Origin: Podarcis erhardii
Lineage: Eukaryota
Direction: 5' to 3' (one strand)
Assembly: GCA_964252035.1 (NCBI GenBank)
Contig: OZ176205.1
DNA: 64,000 nucleotides
Each line of letters starts with the position of its first letter. Within the stretch, counting starts at the first letter, position 1. A model generated the notes under the pieces. The model did not search any database, had not been told where the DNA came from, and worked only from the letters and a program-made list of their open reading frames with translations. This document shows, in pieces, positions 52,901 to 58,399 of the stretch. The translations under genes and the position numbers were made by a program.

Positions 52901-55900
52901 GTAGGTTTTGTCCTTCTCTCGGGGTGGGGGTGGGGTGGGGTGGCAGCAGTTCTGCATTTTTATTTTTAAATTCTTGTTTCAACTTTTTTCCTCTCTAAAG
53001 CAGTCTGTATTTGTCATTCTCCCCTTCCCAACCTTTTCCTGTCTGGCCATCTACATTTTTTTGTTTGTTTGTTTCCCATACTTCCCTGGCCACCGGTGTC
53101 TGCATTTGACTGTTTGTTTCCCCCTGATCTCCGGGGTTTGTGAGCCTTTACTTGTTTTTTTCTTCCTCCAGGCCTGCCTACCTCCTTCCCAGGAGACATA
53201 CAATGTAAGTAAGTCGCAGGGTGGGTTTGGGGGAGAGAGACGTACTTTCCAAAATTTGTGACTAGGCATGACACTCACAGCAGTCATGTTATGACCTGCA
53301 GCCTTCTCTGCCCTGCTCGCTCCACAGCAGCAATTTTGTGGTGTTATTCACAACACCTTTTGAAAATGCCAAATATGCCCAGGAGCCCAGGAAAGCTAGG
53401 GACCCTGCTGTAAATCAATGCAGACAGCTGATTGCTCCCATATCTGTAAGACAGTAAGTCTTAATCTGTCCACTTGCACCCTCCTCAATGCATTCCTCCT
53501 TCTGAGACGCCATTTCAGAGGAAATTTTTTTTTTATCCCAACAAATTGCATTTGCTCTTATTTAATAATAAAGGAAAGTGCCTCTGAGTACATGAACAGT
53601 TAATTTCCCTTATCCCTTAACTAAGGCACATTTCATTAAGAATGTATGTGATCAGTGGGAGGGGGAAAATCTAGGGCACACAACTCCAGTCCTATATAGG
53701 TCTGAACCTCAGCAGGGCCCCACTGCACTTGGCACACTCTATAAGGCTGGATAACATGCATTTCTCATCATACAAGGTTCACTTTATTCTCTCCCTCTTC
53801 ACTTCCACTTCTACAAAGAAGGCTCAACACCTTTACACTCCTGTGATGCAATAAAAGGAATCTGCGTGAGCCTTCCACTCACCCTTAAGTGCTTGCAGGC
53901 AGTCTCCAAACATGTTCAGTTTAGTGTGGGGAGATAGCTTATGCAGTCCTTGGCTCATTCTATACAGCTGAATCACCCCCGACTGTGTACCACACACACA
54001 AAAAGCCAAAAAGCCACATTATCCTCTGTCACCAATAAAACAAGTTTTCTCAGCTTTTGTCGCCTGTGTCTGACCATATGCACCAACATTCTAAGCTCAG
54101 TAATGTCTACATTTCTGGCAGTGGTTCTACAAGGTTACAGGAGTCTTTCCTCAGCCTACCTGAAAGATGCCAGATATTGATTTTGGGGTCTTTTGCATGC
54201 AAAGCACACACTCTACCAATAACTTTTGGTCCTTCCTTTATGTAGAGATGCCATGCTACTTCCTCACCCACCCACCCCCCTTTAACTTTAAGCATCATCA
54301 AAAGCTCAGGGGTGAAATCCAAATAAGCAGTTCTGCTGACACAAATATTTCCTCTTTTCAAGGGAACTTCTCTCCCCAAATCTGCTCCAGAGGGTTCAGG
54401 CTATCCCCAGAACACATTTAAGGGGCACACAGGCAGAGAAGTTCTGTTGTGCAATCTAATTTGTTGCATACCACCTCAGAAGTGTAGTCAGTTAGACCCT
54501 CCTCACGAGCTAAGCAAAGAGATTCCCAAGACTTCATTGGAGACTTAAGTTACGAGGCAGGGGCTCTACGAGTTTGGAAGCTCCAATAAGACCCTAGTAA
54601 GGATTTAGATTCCTGAAATGAGGAAAAAGGAGGTGTGCACGCACATGCAGATCTAAGCCAAAGTTATCAGTAATGCCACTGGAACCATTTTTGTGCCTCC
54701 CTTTGCAAATACCTTTCCAAGACCCCTTTCTATGTTCCAAGCAGAAATAACTAGGAAATAATTGCTGGGCACGGTTCCCTTTGAGAAGCGGTTAAGGAAC
54801 GCAAGTGGTGCTGTGGTCTAAACCACTGAGCCTAGGGCTTGCCAATCAGAAGGTCGGCAGTTCAAATCCCTGCGATGGGGTGAACTCTCGTTGCTTGGTC
54901 CCAGCTCCTGCCAACCTAGCAGGTCAAAAGCTCGTCAAAGTGTAAGTAGATAAATAGGTACCACTCGGGCGGGAAGGTAAATGGCATTTCTGTGCGCTGG
55001 TCTGGTTTCACCAGAAACGGTTTAGTCATGCTGGCCACATGACCTGGAAAAACTGTCTGCAGGCAAACGTCGACTCCCTTGGCTAGTAAAGTGAGATGAG
55101 CGCCGCAACCCCCGAGTCTTTCGTGACAGGACTTATCTGTCAGGGGTCCTTTACCTTTTTTAATTGCTGGGTATTTCAGAGTTTGAGAAATTGGTTTTCA
55201 GAAGACTTTGTGATTTTTTCATAATGAGAAAAGACCAATCTCTTTCCACACCCCCACCACAACTTAACTAACACCAAATAATCACCTTTAGCATCACATG
55301 CATACACTCTTCCAAGTGTGCAAAAGTTTTACTGAAATGTTGCAGACTAGTGTTACCGCCATTTAATTATACTGCAATTATACTACAAGCATTTCCATAT
55401 CAAAAAACATTACTACTAGCCTTTTTTAGATTAGCAGCTCATTTGTTTTTGCTGCAACAAAACAACACAGTTAATTTTCTATAATTGCCTGAAGAGCCCT
55501 GCTCTTGGCAATATATTTAAGCAAGTTTAGAAAATAAAATTTCATTTTCACCCCAATATTTGAGCATACCAGCCTATTCAACAGTTTGTTAACCACCAAA
55601 CAAAATAATATTTAAGAAGGGATATATTTGTGCCTGTCTTCACATGTTCTAAAGATCACCTATAATTCAAAAGTGATTCTGAAACATTCGATTAAAAGGT
55701 GAAAGCATCAGCTTAAAAATGCACAGCACTCTACTGAAGCCAAGAGAGTCATACTACTTCCAACAAGAAAAGATTTTGTTAATTAAACATCTGTTACCAA
55801 CATGCAACGTGGAAAAAGGTGAAGTCAAAAGCTATTTGAGTAGACAAATTTTTACTATCAAGTCATCATTATTAACATAAAAGTCAACATTTCTATGATG

Positions 55901-56095
55901 CTACTTTAAAAAAAAAGGTTGCAACTTACCCAGCCTTGCAAGATAAGTGGATGCAATTAAACACTTGCCAAGAGATTCTTCCCGCTTATATGGAATGGAC
56001 CAATGATCTGTTAATACTCTGCTCTCCAGTTCATAAAGATTTGTTGTAGGAAACTCGATACCTTCTCCAGAGCAGTTCCCATTTTCGTCATTTTT
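371..56095 (-). CDS. USP24: Ubiquitin carboxyl-terminal hydrolase 24, multi-exon CDS, partial at both ends (62 exons in window)
   Basis: Spliced translation runs open for 7154 nt with compatible phases and matches recalled vertebrate USP24 peptides ([26 protein letters not shown]..., [28 protein letters not shown]). Confidence 0.98.
1644..1710 (-). CDS. USP24: USP24 exon 62 ([23 protein letters not shown]), 67 nt
   Basis: tcgcAG acceptor, GTgagt donor; phase 0 to 1. Confidence 0.95.
2067..2132 (-). CDS. USP24: USP24 exon 61 ([22 protein letters not shown]), 66 nt
   Basis: ttacAG acceptor, GTaagt donor. Confidence 0.95.
2589..2780 (+). mobile_element. tRNA-derived SINE with MIR/CORE-like body
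   Basis: B box GGGTTCAAATTTCC, then GTAACCTTGGGCCAGTC and CTACCTCACAGGGTTGTTGTGGGGAT; approximate ends. Confidence 0.7.
3095..3208 (-). CDS. USP24: USP24 exon 60 ([13 protein letters not shown]...LHFIK), 114 nt
   Basis: cattAG acceptor, GTaagg donor. Confidence 0.95.
3373..3494 (-). CDS. USP24: USP24 exon 59 ([24 protein letters not shown]...PYLME), 122 nt
   Basis: tttcAG acceptor, GTaagc donor; phase 1 to 0. Confidence 0.93.
4958..5060 (-). CDS. USP24: USP24 exon 58 ([13 protein letters not shown]...QRNV-A), 103 nt
   Basis: aaacAG acceptor, GTaagt donor; phase 0 to 1. Confidence 0.94.
5851..5943 (-). CDS. USP24: USP24 exon 57 ([12 protein letters not shown]...RQNNQ), 93 nt
   Basis: tcaCAG|CAG tandem acceptor, GTaatg donor. 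Confidence 0.94.
6337..6547. mobile_element. Penelope-like element terminal fragment arranged as an inverted repeat
   Basis: About 70-bp inverted arms (6372-6442 and 6477-6547); CCAGTAGCACCTTAAAGACC and GTAGCCGTGTTGGTCTG motifs I recognise from reptile Penelope-like repeats; 12-bp direct repeat TCTAGAAAAACA at 6325-6336 and 6548-6559. Confidence 0.75.
6447..6488 (+). ncRNA. Minimal type I hammerhead ribozyme motif, Penelope-like-element type
   Basis: AGGTAT-CTGAAGA-A-GTGTGC(AT)GCACAC-GAAA-GCTC-ATACCT: 6-bp stem I, CUGANGA core, stem II hairpin, GAAA, loopless palindromic stem III (AGCU), UC cleavage site. Confidence 0.8.
6663..6779 (-). CDS. USP24: USP24 exon 56 ([12 protein letters not shown]...NFVQK), 117 nt
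   Basis: caacAG acceptor, GTaaac donor. Confidence 0.95.
7010..7237 (+). mobile_element. LINE (L2/CR1-like) 3' end with (ATT)n tail
   Basis: T-rich segment, GTAAGCCGCTCTGAG...GGGTGGGGTATAAATAAAA, then about 13 ATT units. Confidence 0.6.
7689..7707 (+). other. G-quadruplex motif
   Basis: GGGCGGGAGAGGGGTGGGG. Confidence 0.5.
7801..7897 (-). CDS. USP24: USP24 exon 55 ([12 protein letters not shown]...FYQEK), 97 nt
   Basis: tttcAG acceptor, GTcagt donor; phase 2 to 0. Confidence 0.95.
8498..8611 (-). CDS. USP24: USP24 exon 54 ([13 protein letters not shown]...RELI-K), 114 nt
   Basis: tttAAG acceptor, GTaagt donor; phase 2 to 2. Confidence 0.95.
8711..8814 (-). CDS. USP24: USP24 exon 53 ([13 protein letters not shown]...KKKL-R), 104 nt
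   Basis: tcttAG acceptor, GTaaca donor; phase 0 to 2. Confidence 0.95.
10045..10140 (-). CDS. USP24: USP24 exon 52 ([14 protein letters not shown]...SLNA), 96 nt
   Basis: tttcAG acceptor, GTgagt donor. Confidence 0.96.
10528..10605 (+). mobile_element. CR1-type 3' terminal fragment
   Basis: GATTCCTGCATTGCAGGGAGTTGGACTAGATGACCCTTGGGGTCCCTTTCCAACCCTACAATTCTATTATTCTATG; same tail as 25325-25395. Confidence 0.8.
10952..11102 (-). CDS. USP24: USP24 exon 51 ([14 protein letters not shown]...VRIYQ), 151 nt
   Basis: tcctAG acceptor, GTaaac donor; phase 2 to 0. Confidence 0.96.
11936..11985. repeat. Compound (CA)n(GA)n microsatellite
   Basis: Seen directly. Confidence 0.95.
12054..12195 (-). CDS. 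USP24: USP24 exon 50 ([20 protein letters not shown]...EDLS-L), 142 nt
   Basis: tcgcAG acceptor, GTaagt donor; AYMLFY closes the USP domain; phase 1 to 2. Confidence 0.96.
12490..12521. repeat. (TG)n microsatellite
   Basis: Seen directly, about 16 units. Confidence 0.95.
12856..12980 (-). CDS. USP24: USP24 exon 49 ([12 protein letters not shown]...KVYDQ), 125 nt
   Basis: caacAG acceptor, GTaagt donor; WxKFND motif; phase 2 to 1. Confidence 0.96.
13485..13705 (-). CDS. USP24: USP24 exon 48, catalytic His box ([10 protein letters not shown]...[18 protein letters not shown]), 221 nt
   Basis: aaacAG acceptor, GTaagg donor; catalytic His codon at 13511-13513. Confidence 0.97.
14139..14258 (-). 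CDS. USP24: USP24 exon 47 ([13 protein letters not shown]...DEQIK), 120 nt
   Basis: tttAAG acceptor, GTatgc donor. Confidence 0.96.
14534..14623. repeat. Minisatellite, TATATACTACCCCCAG(TAG) x about 5
   Basis: Alternating 16-nt and 21-nt units seen directly. Confidence 0.9.
14790..14931 (-). CDS. USP24: USP24 exon 46 ([13 protein letters not shown]...YCEKCKEK), 142 nt
   Basis: gtgtAG acceptor, GTaatg donor; second CxxC of the finger subdomain. Confidence 0.96.
15631..15766. mobile_element. Degenerate copy of the same palindromic hAT MITE family
   Basis: CCTCCAGAGGTTTTGGA...CCCATCA...CAGGGATGATGTGAGTTGTAGCCCAAAACACCTGGA...GGTTGGGAAAGG; approximate ends. Confidence 0.7.
16354..16436 (-). CDS. 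USP24: USP24 exon 45 ([14 protein letters not shown]...CKDCPH-R), 83 nt
   Basis: ttacAG acceptor, GTgggt donor; phase 0 to 2. Confidence 0.95.
16544..16642 (-). CDS. USP24: USP24 exon 44 ([21 protein letters not shown]...EYLK), 99 nt
   Basis: ttttAG acceptor, GTtatt donor; contains the USP-family QQDA motif. Confidence 0.95.
16818..17067. mobile_element. Tc1/mariner (Tigger/pogo-like) MITE
   Basis: TA-CAGTTGCACCTTGG...CCAAGGTAAGACTG-TA; imperfect TIRs, TA TSD. Confidence 0.8.
17162..17287 (-). CDS. USP24: USP24 exon 43 ([14 protein letters not shown]...ENFWK), 126 nt
   Basis: ccaAAG acceptor, GTaatt donor. Confidence 0.95.
18345..18464 (-). CDS. USP24: USP24 exon 42, catalytic Cys box (YLPPVD...[18 protein letters not shown]...PE), 120 nt
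   Basis: ttccAG acceptor, GTaatc donor; nucleophile Cys codon TGC at 18396-18398. Confidence 0.97.
18706..18850 (-). CDS. USP24: USP24 exon 41 ([12 protein letters not shown]...SKEFD), 145 nt
   Basis: ttctAG acceptor, GTaagt donor; phase 2 to 0. Confidence 0.96.
19808..19925 (-). CDS. USP24: USP24 exon 40 ([13 protein letters not shown]...DFHP-K), 118 nt
   Basis: ttatAG acceptor, GTaaag donor; phase 1 to 2. Confidence 0.95.
20710..20901 (-). CDS. USP24: USP24 exon 39 ([10 protein letters not shown]...KEML-G), 192 nt
   Basis: ccctAG acceptor, GTaact donor; phase 1 to 1. Confidence 0.96.
21710..21771 (-). CDS. USP24: USP24 exon 38 ([20 protein letters not shown]), 62 nt
   Basis: ttttAG acceptor, GTaagt donor; phase 2 to 1. 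Confidence 0.95.
22553..22713 (-). CDS. USP24: USP24 exon 37 ([10 protein letters not shown]...GVNQ-R), 161 nt, GC donor
   Basis: ttccAG acceptor; AG|GCaagt donor; phase 0 to 2 fits exon 38. Confidence 0.94.
23222..23292 (-). CDS. USP24: USP24 exon 36 ([23 protein letters not shown]), 71 nt
   Basis: tcttAG acceptor, GTaagg donor; phase 1 to 0. Confidence 0.95.
23565..23720 (-). CDS. USP24: USP24 exon 35 ([11 protein letters not shown]...RSQQL-G), 156 nt
   Basis: ttgcAG acceptor, GTaggt donor; phase 1 to 1. Confidence 0.95.
23878..24037 (-). CDS. USP24: USP24 exon 34 ([14 protein letters not shown]...LSSS-G), 160 nt
   Basis: ccccAG acceptor, GTacgc donor; phase 0 to 1. Confidence 0.95.
24262..24490 (-). 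CDS. USP24: USP24 exon 33 ([10 protein letters not shown]...RVAIQ), 229 nt
   Basis: gtttAG acceptor, GTaagt donor; phase 2 to 0. Confidence 0.96.
24609..24704 (-). CDS. USP24: USP24 exon 32 ([12 protein letters not shown]...LQLA-R), 96 nt
   Basis: ttccAG acceptor, GTatgt donor; phase 2 to 2. Confidence 0.95.
24813..24999 (+). mobile_element. 5'-truncated Sauria SINE
   Basis: Matches the 3' half of the other copies (GGAAGGTAAA...GAGATGAGCGC...ACCTTTAC); 11-bp TSD TAATATAATGT at 24802-24812 and 25000-25010. Confidence 0.85.
25251..25395 (+). mobile_element. tRNA-Ile-derived SINE with CR1-like 3' tail
   Basis: GCTCAGCTGGTTAGAGCATGGTGCTGATAATGCCAAGGTTGCAGGTTCGATCCC (A and B boxes) followed by ...CTAGATGATCCTCAGGGTCCCTTCCAACTCTACCATTCTATG. 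Confidence 0.8.
26057..26154 (-). CDS. USP24: USP24 exon 31 ([12 protein letters not shown]...AGGL-S), 98 nt
   Basis: tttcAG acceptor, GTtagt donor; phase 0 to 2. Confidence 0.94.
27040..27182 (-). mobile_element. Degenerate tRNA-derived SINE, same family as 49800-49991
   Basis: Shared CTGGAGATGCCAGG..TGAAC..GGG.CTTCT.CATGCAAA block; approximate ends. Confidence 0.55.
27235..27390 (-). CDS. USP24: USP24 exon 30 ([10 protein letters not shown]...VLYNLE), 156 nt
   Basis: tctcAG acceptor, GTaaga donor. Confidence 0.95.
27435..27509. repeat. Perfect 36-bp tandem duplication
   Basis: TCTGATATAACATGGTTATATAGCCATGATAGCTAG x2 plus TCT. Confidence 0.95.
28478..28571 (-). CDS. USP24: USP24 exon 29 ([13 protein letters not shown]...SLGRK), 94 nt
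   Basis: cttcAG acceptor, GTatat donor; phase 2 to 0. Confidence 0.95.
28707..28792 (-). CDS. USP24: USP24 exon 28 ([13 protein letters not shown]...LEEP-R), 86 nt
   Basis: cctcAG acceptor, GTaagt donor; phase 0 to 2. Confidence 0.95.
28942..28998. repeat. Compound (TC)n(AC)n microsatellite
   Basis: Seen directly. Confidence 0.95.
29552..29722 (-). CDS. USP24: USP24 exon 27 ([10 protein letters not shown]...SYAMEQ), 171 nt, Ser-rich linker
   Basis: tttcAG acceptor, GTacaa donor; preceded by a 75-nt intron. Confidence 0.95.
29798..29896 (-). CDS. USP24: USP24 exon 26 ([13 protein letters not shown]...ANDSL), 99 nt
   Basis: ttgcAG acceptor, GTatgt donor. Confidence 0.95.
30049..30292. mobile_element. 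Non-autonomous hAT element, 244 bp
   Basis: Termini CATGGGTAGGCAAAC / GTTTGCTGACCCCTG; 8-bp TSD CTTTGTAT / CTTTGCAT (7 of 8 match). Confidence 0.85.
30384..30494 (-). CDS. USP24: USP24 exon 25 ([13 protein letters not shown]...TFTVE), 111 nt
   Basis: ccgtAG acceptor, GTatgc donor. Confidence 0.95.
31281..31347 (-). CDS. USP24: USP24 exon 24 ([22 protein letters not shown]), 67 nt
   Basis: ctccAG acceptor, GTaaaa donor; phase 2 to 0. Confidence 0.95.
33157..33292. mobile_element. hAT-superfamily MITE, 136 bp, palindromic
   Basis: TIRs CAGTGTTTCCCAACCTTGGGCCTCCAGCTGTTTTTG and its reverse complement; perfect 8-bp TSD CTCTAAAT. Confidence 0.9.
33363..33478 (-). CDS. USP24: USP24 exon 23 ([11 protein letters not shown]...VQSPY-R), 116 nt
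   Basis: ttctAG acceptor, GTaagg donor; phase 0 to 2. Confidence 0.95.
34055..34108 (-). CDS. USP24: USP24 exon 22 ([18 protein letters not shown]), 54 nt
   Basis: tttcAG acceptor, GTaagt donor. Confidence 0.95.
34334..34364. repeat. (GC)n(AC)n alternating purine-pyrimidine tract
   Basis: Seen directly. Confidence 0.9.
34425..34499. repeat. Imperfect tandem triplication
   Basis: AACTTC(AACTTC)..ATCAGTGACAA x3. Confidence 0.85.
35038..35178 (-). CDS. USP24: USP24 exon 21 ([12 protein letters not shown]...PRLKK), 141 nt
   Basis: gtctAG acceptor, GTaaca donor. Confidence 0.95.
35330..35694 (-). mobile_element. Full-length Sauria SINE
   Basis: tRNA-related head GGGACGCGGGTGGCGCTGTGG..., (ACCTTT)n tail, perfect 15-bp TSD TATAAGTACAAATAA at 35315-35329 and 35695-35709. 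Confidence 0.9.
35878..36104 (+). mobile_element. Unclassified non-autonomous repeat with TAGGGTTGCCATA terminus
   Basis: Shares TAGGG(T/C)TGCCATATTTCAAAA..AAAA.C.GG.CAC..AAA.TTGTTGAG with 44504-44590. Confidence 0.55.
36234..36310 (-). CDS. USP24: USP24 exon 20 ([25 protein letters not shown]), 77 nt
   Basis: aaacAG acceptor, GTaagc donor; phase 1 to 0. Confidence 0.95.
36524..36635 (-). CDS. USP24: USP24 exon 19 ([12 protein letters not shown]...ITMN-G), 112 nt
   Basis: tcacAG acceptor, GTatgt donor; phase 0 to 1. Confidence 0.93.
36992..37123 (-). CDS. USP24: USP24 exon 18 ([12 protein letters not shown]...ELDRE), 132 nt
   Basis: tttcAG acceptor, GTgaga donor. Confidence 0.95.
37288..37437 (-). 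CDS. USP24: USP24 exon 17 ([14 protein letters not shown]...YTYRE), 150 nt
   Basis: gccAAG acceptor, GTaagc donor. Confidence 0.95.
38463..38522. repeat. About 20-bp tandem repeat x3
   Basis: CACATTCCCCCCC..TTTCA units. Confidence 0.85.
38863..38970 (-). CDS. USP24: USP24 exon 16 ([14 protein letters not shown]...QKQDK), 108 nt
   Basis: taatAG acceptor, GTaaga donor. Confidence 0.95.
39375..39536 (-). CDS. USP24: USP24 exon 15 ([12 protein letters not shown]...EDIKR), 162 nt
   Basis: ttgtAG acceptor, GTtagt donor. Confidence 0.95.
39630..39725 (-). CDS. USP24: USP24 exon 14 ([12 protein letters not shown]...TTTGK), 96 nt, GC donor
   Basis: ttgtAG acceptor; frame with exon 15 requires AAG|GCatga donor. 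Confidence 0.92.
39881..39988 (-). CDS. USP24: USP24 exon 13 ([12 protein letters not shown]...VLIQK), 108 nt
   Basis: ttaAAG acceptor, GTgagg donor. Confidence 0.95.
42540..42643 (-). CDS. USP24: USP24 exon 12 ([12 protein letters not shown]...IWRIQ), 104 nt
   Basis: gactAG acceptor, GTgagg donor; phase 1 to 0. Confidence 0.95.
43410..43524 (-). CDS. USP24: USP24 exon 11 ([10 protein letters not shown]...SIALE-G), 115 nt
   Basis: ttttAG acceptor, GTaagt donor; phase 0 to 1. Confidence 0.95.
44241..44399 (-). CDS. USP24: USP24 exon 10 (RLVSIPELL...MNSLKE), 159 nt
   Basis: ttgcAG acceptor, GTaagt donor. Confidence 0.96.
44504..44590 (+). mobile_element. Partial second copy of the TAGGGTTGCCATA repeat
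   Basis: Direct similarity to 35878-35960. Confidence 0.5.
44693..44827. mobile_element. hAT-superfamily MITE, 135 bp, palindromic
   Basis: TIRs CAGACATAGGCAAACT / AGTTTGCCTATGCCTG; perfect 8-bp TSD ATGTAGAC. Confidence 0.9.
45379..45453 (-). CDS. USP24: USP24 exon 9 ([10 protein letters not shown]...KDLKDK), 75 nt
   Basis: ttacAG acceptor, GTaaaa donor. Confidence 0.95.
46629..46694 (-). CDS. USP24: USP24 exon 8 ([22 protein letters not shown]), 66 nt
   Basis: ttctAG acceptor, GTaact donor. Confidence 0.95.
47066..47131 (-). CDS. USP24: USP24 exon 7 ([22 protein letters not shown]), 66 nt
   Basis: atttAG acceptor, GTaagt donor. Confidence 0.95.
48161..48196 (-). CDS. USP24: USP24 exon 6 ([12 protein letters not shown]), 36 nt
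   Basis: ggctAG acceptor, GTaagt donor; in frame. Confidence 0.93.
48529..48843. mobile_element. Tc1/mariner (Tigger/pogo-like) MITE
   Basis: TA-CAGTGGTGCCCTGCAAGACGAA...ATCTTGCGAGTCACCACTG-TA; TA TSD. Confidence 0.88.
49308..49430 (-). CDS. USP24: USP24 exon 5 ([14 protein letters not shown]...STFQK), 123 nt
   Basis: ctctAG acceptor, GTaagt donor. Confidence 0.95.
49800..49991 (-). mobile_element. tRNA-derived SINE
   Basis: Minus strand ATCTCAGTGGTAGAGCAC...CCCAGGTTCAATTTCTGGCATCTTCAG (A and B boxes); approximate 3' end. Confidence 0.7.
50299..50350. repeat. 18-bp tandem repeat x3
   Basis: ATGTCTTGTCAATTCA(G/A)T units. Confidence 0.9.
50541..50684 (-). CDS. USP24: USP24 exon 4 ([10 protein letters not shown]...LAVLTM), 144 nt
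   Basis: tttgcAG acceptor, GTattg donor. Confidence 0.95.
51331..51398 (-). CDS. USP24: USP24 exon 3 ([22 protein letters not shown]), 68 nt
   Basis: aaatAAG acceptor, GTaggt donor; phase 1 to 0. Confidence 0.95.
52921..52943 (+). other. Canonical G-quadruplex motif on the USP24 template strand
   Basis: GGGGTGGGGGTGGGGTGGGGTGG, four G-runs with 1-nt loops. Confidence 0.6.
54130..54225 (-). mobile_element. Degenerate tRNA-derived SINE, same family
   Basis: CCTGAAAGATGCCAGATATTGA...TGCATGCAAAGCACACACTCTACCA; approximate ends. Confidence 0.5.
54796..55160 (+). mobile_element. Full-length Sauria SINE, more diverged copy
   Basis: Colinear with the reverse complement of 35330-35694; CCTTTACCTTT tail; 11-bp TSD TAATTGCTGGG at 54759-54769 and 55161-55171. 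Confidence 0.88.
55930..56095 (-). CDS. USP24: USP24 exon 2 (KNDENG...YLARL-G), 166 nt
   Basis: ttttcaacAG acceptor, GTaagt donor; phase 0 to 1. Confidence 0.96.
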
Positions 56096-58399
56096 CTGTT
56101 GAAAAGAAGCCACTGTTAGCTGTATGAAGAAGCCACAGTTAGTTGTTCTAGTTACTGGCTGTTATAAAAAGGGATTGTAGGAGACCCATACCAGAAAACC
56201 TGACATTCCAACTACAAAGCAACTCCTGTGCAACAGAAATTCTACTTCTTAACTCAGAAAACAAAGCCTATTTGCTGTCTTCTTTTCCCACCATTTCTGC
56301 ACCCAGCAGAAAAATAAGGAATTGCCAGAAAAAGTAGGGAGGATTAATGCAGAATCTAGCACTGTGACATATATATGCACAGTGGTGAGACAGATGTACT
56401 ACCATCATTGACTTAAAAGTTTTCCTAGATTACTGAATCAAAAGTCTGGAAAGGATTGAAGGATATTATTCCAATCATTTTCAAACCAAAAAGAAATCAC
56501 CTAATTATTTAAAAGATATAGAATACAACTTCTGATAATCACATAATTAATCCAACATGCTAACAATGAAGTATTAATTGCCCATCCACAGATCCGATCA
56601 TACCAGACCCACAAGCCAGGCGCTCTAGTAAGGTTCTGCTTCCCCACTATGCAACAAAAATGCAGCTTCTTCTAATAATATAAGAGCGCAAGCCAATCTA
56701 TGCCAACATTCTGCCCCTACAGTGACATCAGATACCTATGGAAACCCCCAAGCAGAACATGAGCACAATAGCATTTTCCGGTTTATGACCCAAAGCAACT
56801 GGTATTCAGAGGCATACTGCCAATCATACAGGAGACAATAACTATACAGCCATTATAATGAGCAATCACTAATAGTTTTACCTTGGTACCAACCTCTGCT
56901 TTATGGCAGGAGGAGATATGGAATATACAGCTACCATAGTTCTGCATTGCAGTGGATGTGTACACTGACTGTGCCTCTCTTTTCTGCCTTTACTGGACTA
57001 CTCACCTGTCCAAGATCATAATGCATAAAAGAAGTGAGTGCACCACTTCTGAGGTAAGAAAGAAAAACACGAAAAAGACCATCACCATGCTGAAGAGCAG
57101 CTAGACCTACAACTTTGTGAAGAGCTCTTTCCACACTGAAAGGCTTACAGCTATCACATCTGCATCTACATAGGGATATGACAATCATATCAAACAAATC
57201 AATATTGATCTATTTGGCCTTGAACTTATCTTCTCCTTTATATCTAAATAACCAAATCATCACTACTGCAGTGAATAAGGAAACAGAGAACACCATAATC
57301 TCAAAACAAAGTTTGGTTTAGAATCTTTACAGGTATCTATTTTTCTTTAGGTTACCGCAGGAGTGCCTTATCTAGTTTATAAACCATTCTGCTATAGTTA
57401 CTTTCTAATTATTTTTCACATTTTCAGCAAAAGATTCTGAAATCCATAGGTACAGATCTACAAGGCTAAGGTGGATTCCCATAAGGGGAAATAAAAGCAA
57501 ACAAAGAGCAAGATGGTATCTGACCCACCCCAACTAATGTAGCCCATGTGGACAGCACATTCCCTCAACTTATTTATAGTAAAGCAAATAAGGTCATTTA
57601 TGCCACTTTCTCATCAGTTTCATTTCCTATGGAGCCATTTCTACGAACAGAAAGCACAAAACCCACATTTCATTTTATAAATCCCTGCTCTCTCTCCATT
57701 CCCCAAACACCACTTAAATTTACCTACTTCTGTCTAGCAGGCATAACAATTCGAATCATTTGTTACAATTAATGAAGAGAGGCTTTAACTTTTGTTATTA
57801 TTATTGTGAACAAATAGTTTGAGCACCCTAGGTCTAAAGGCATTCAATGATGTTCAGAGCAGTGGAGCCTATGAAATCCTTCACCATGTACAAGACTGGG
57901 TAGTAAGTGCTGACCATTGTTCAGCTTGAGATTTAACCTTTTTTAAAAGTGCCAACAGGATGCAAATTGATGCCAAGCATGGATCTAACAATAAAACTCT
58001 CATGGACACACATAGCTACCACAAAAAGACCAAAACCATGACTCACTGCACACTGGCTAGTCAGTGAGCAGGCTATTTTCGATCATTGTATGTACTTGGA
58101 CAAGATTCAAAACTTGTGAACTAGTAGTCACAGGTTGTTTTTCCAGTACCACTCCACTGTCTCATTTATTGCTTTCATTTCCTGGTCTAACAAGCACTCT
58201 CTCTGTATTAAAAACAACTGCACATTCATAAAATAATGCTTCCTATCTGAGAATGAACATTAAGTGCTGTGGAACAGGAAACTATTATCTAGGAAAGCAA
58301 CAACAAACTGAAAGCACGGACATTAAATACTATCTTTTCAATGGATTGAAATATAGAAAACAACATTGTGGTTATAGAACAGCATTTGAGAATGGTGAG

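Noticed and set aside
2355-57110. Other CTGANGA occurrences (e.g. near 2360, 12740, 17350, 28572, 45103, 55490, 57090) as extra hammerheads
   Set aside because: None is followed by a stem II hairpin, GAAA and a pairing stem I.
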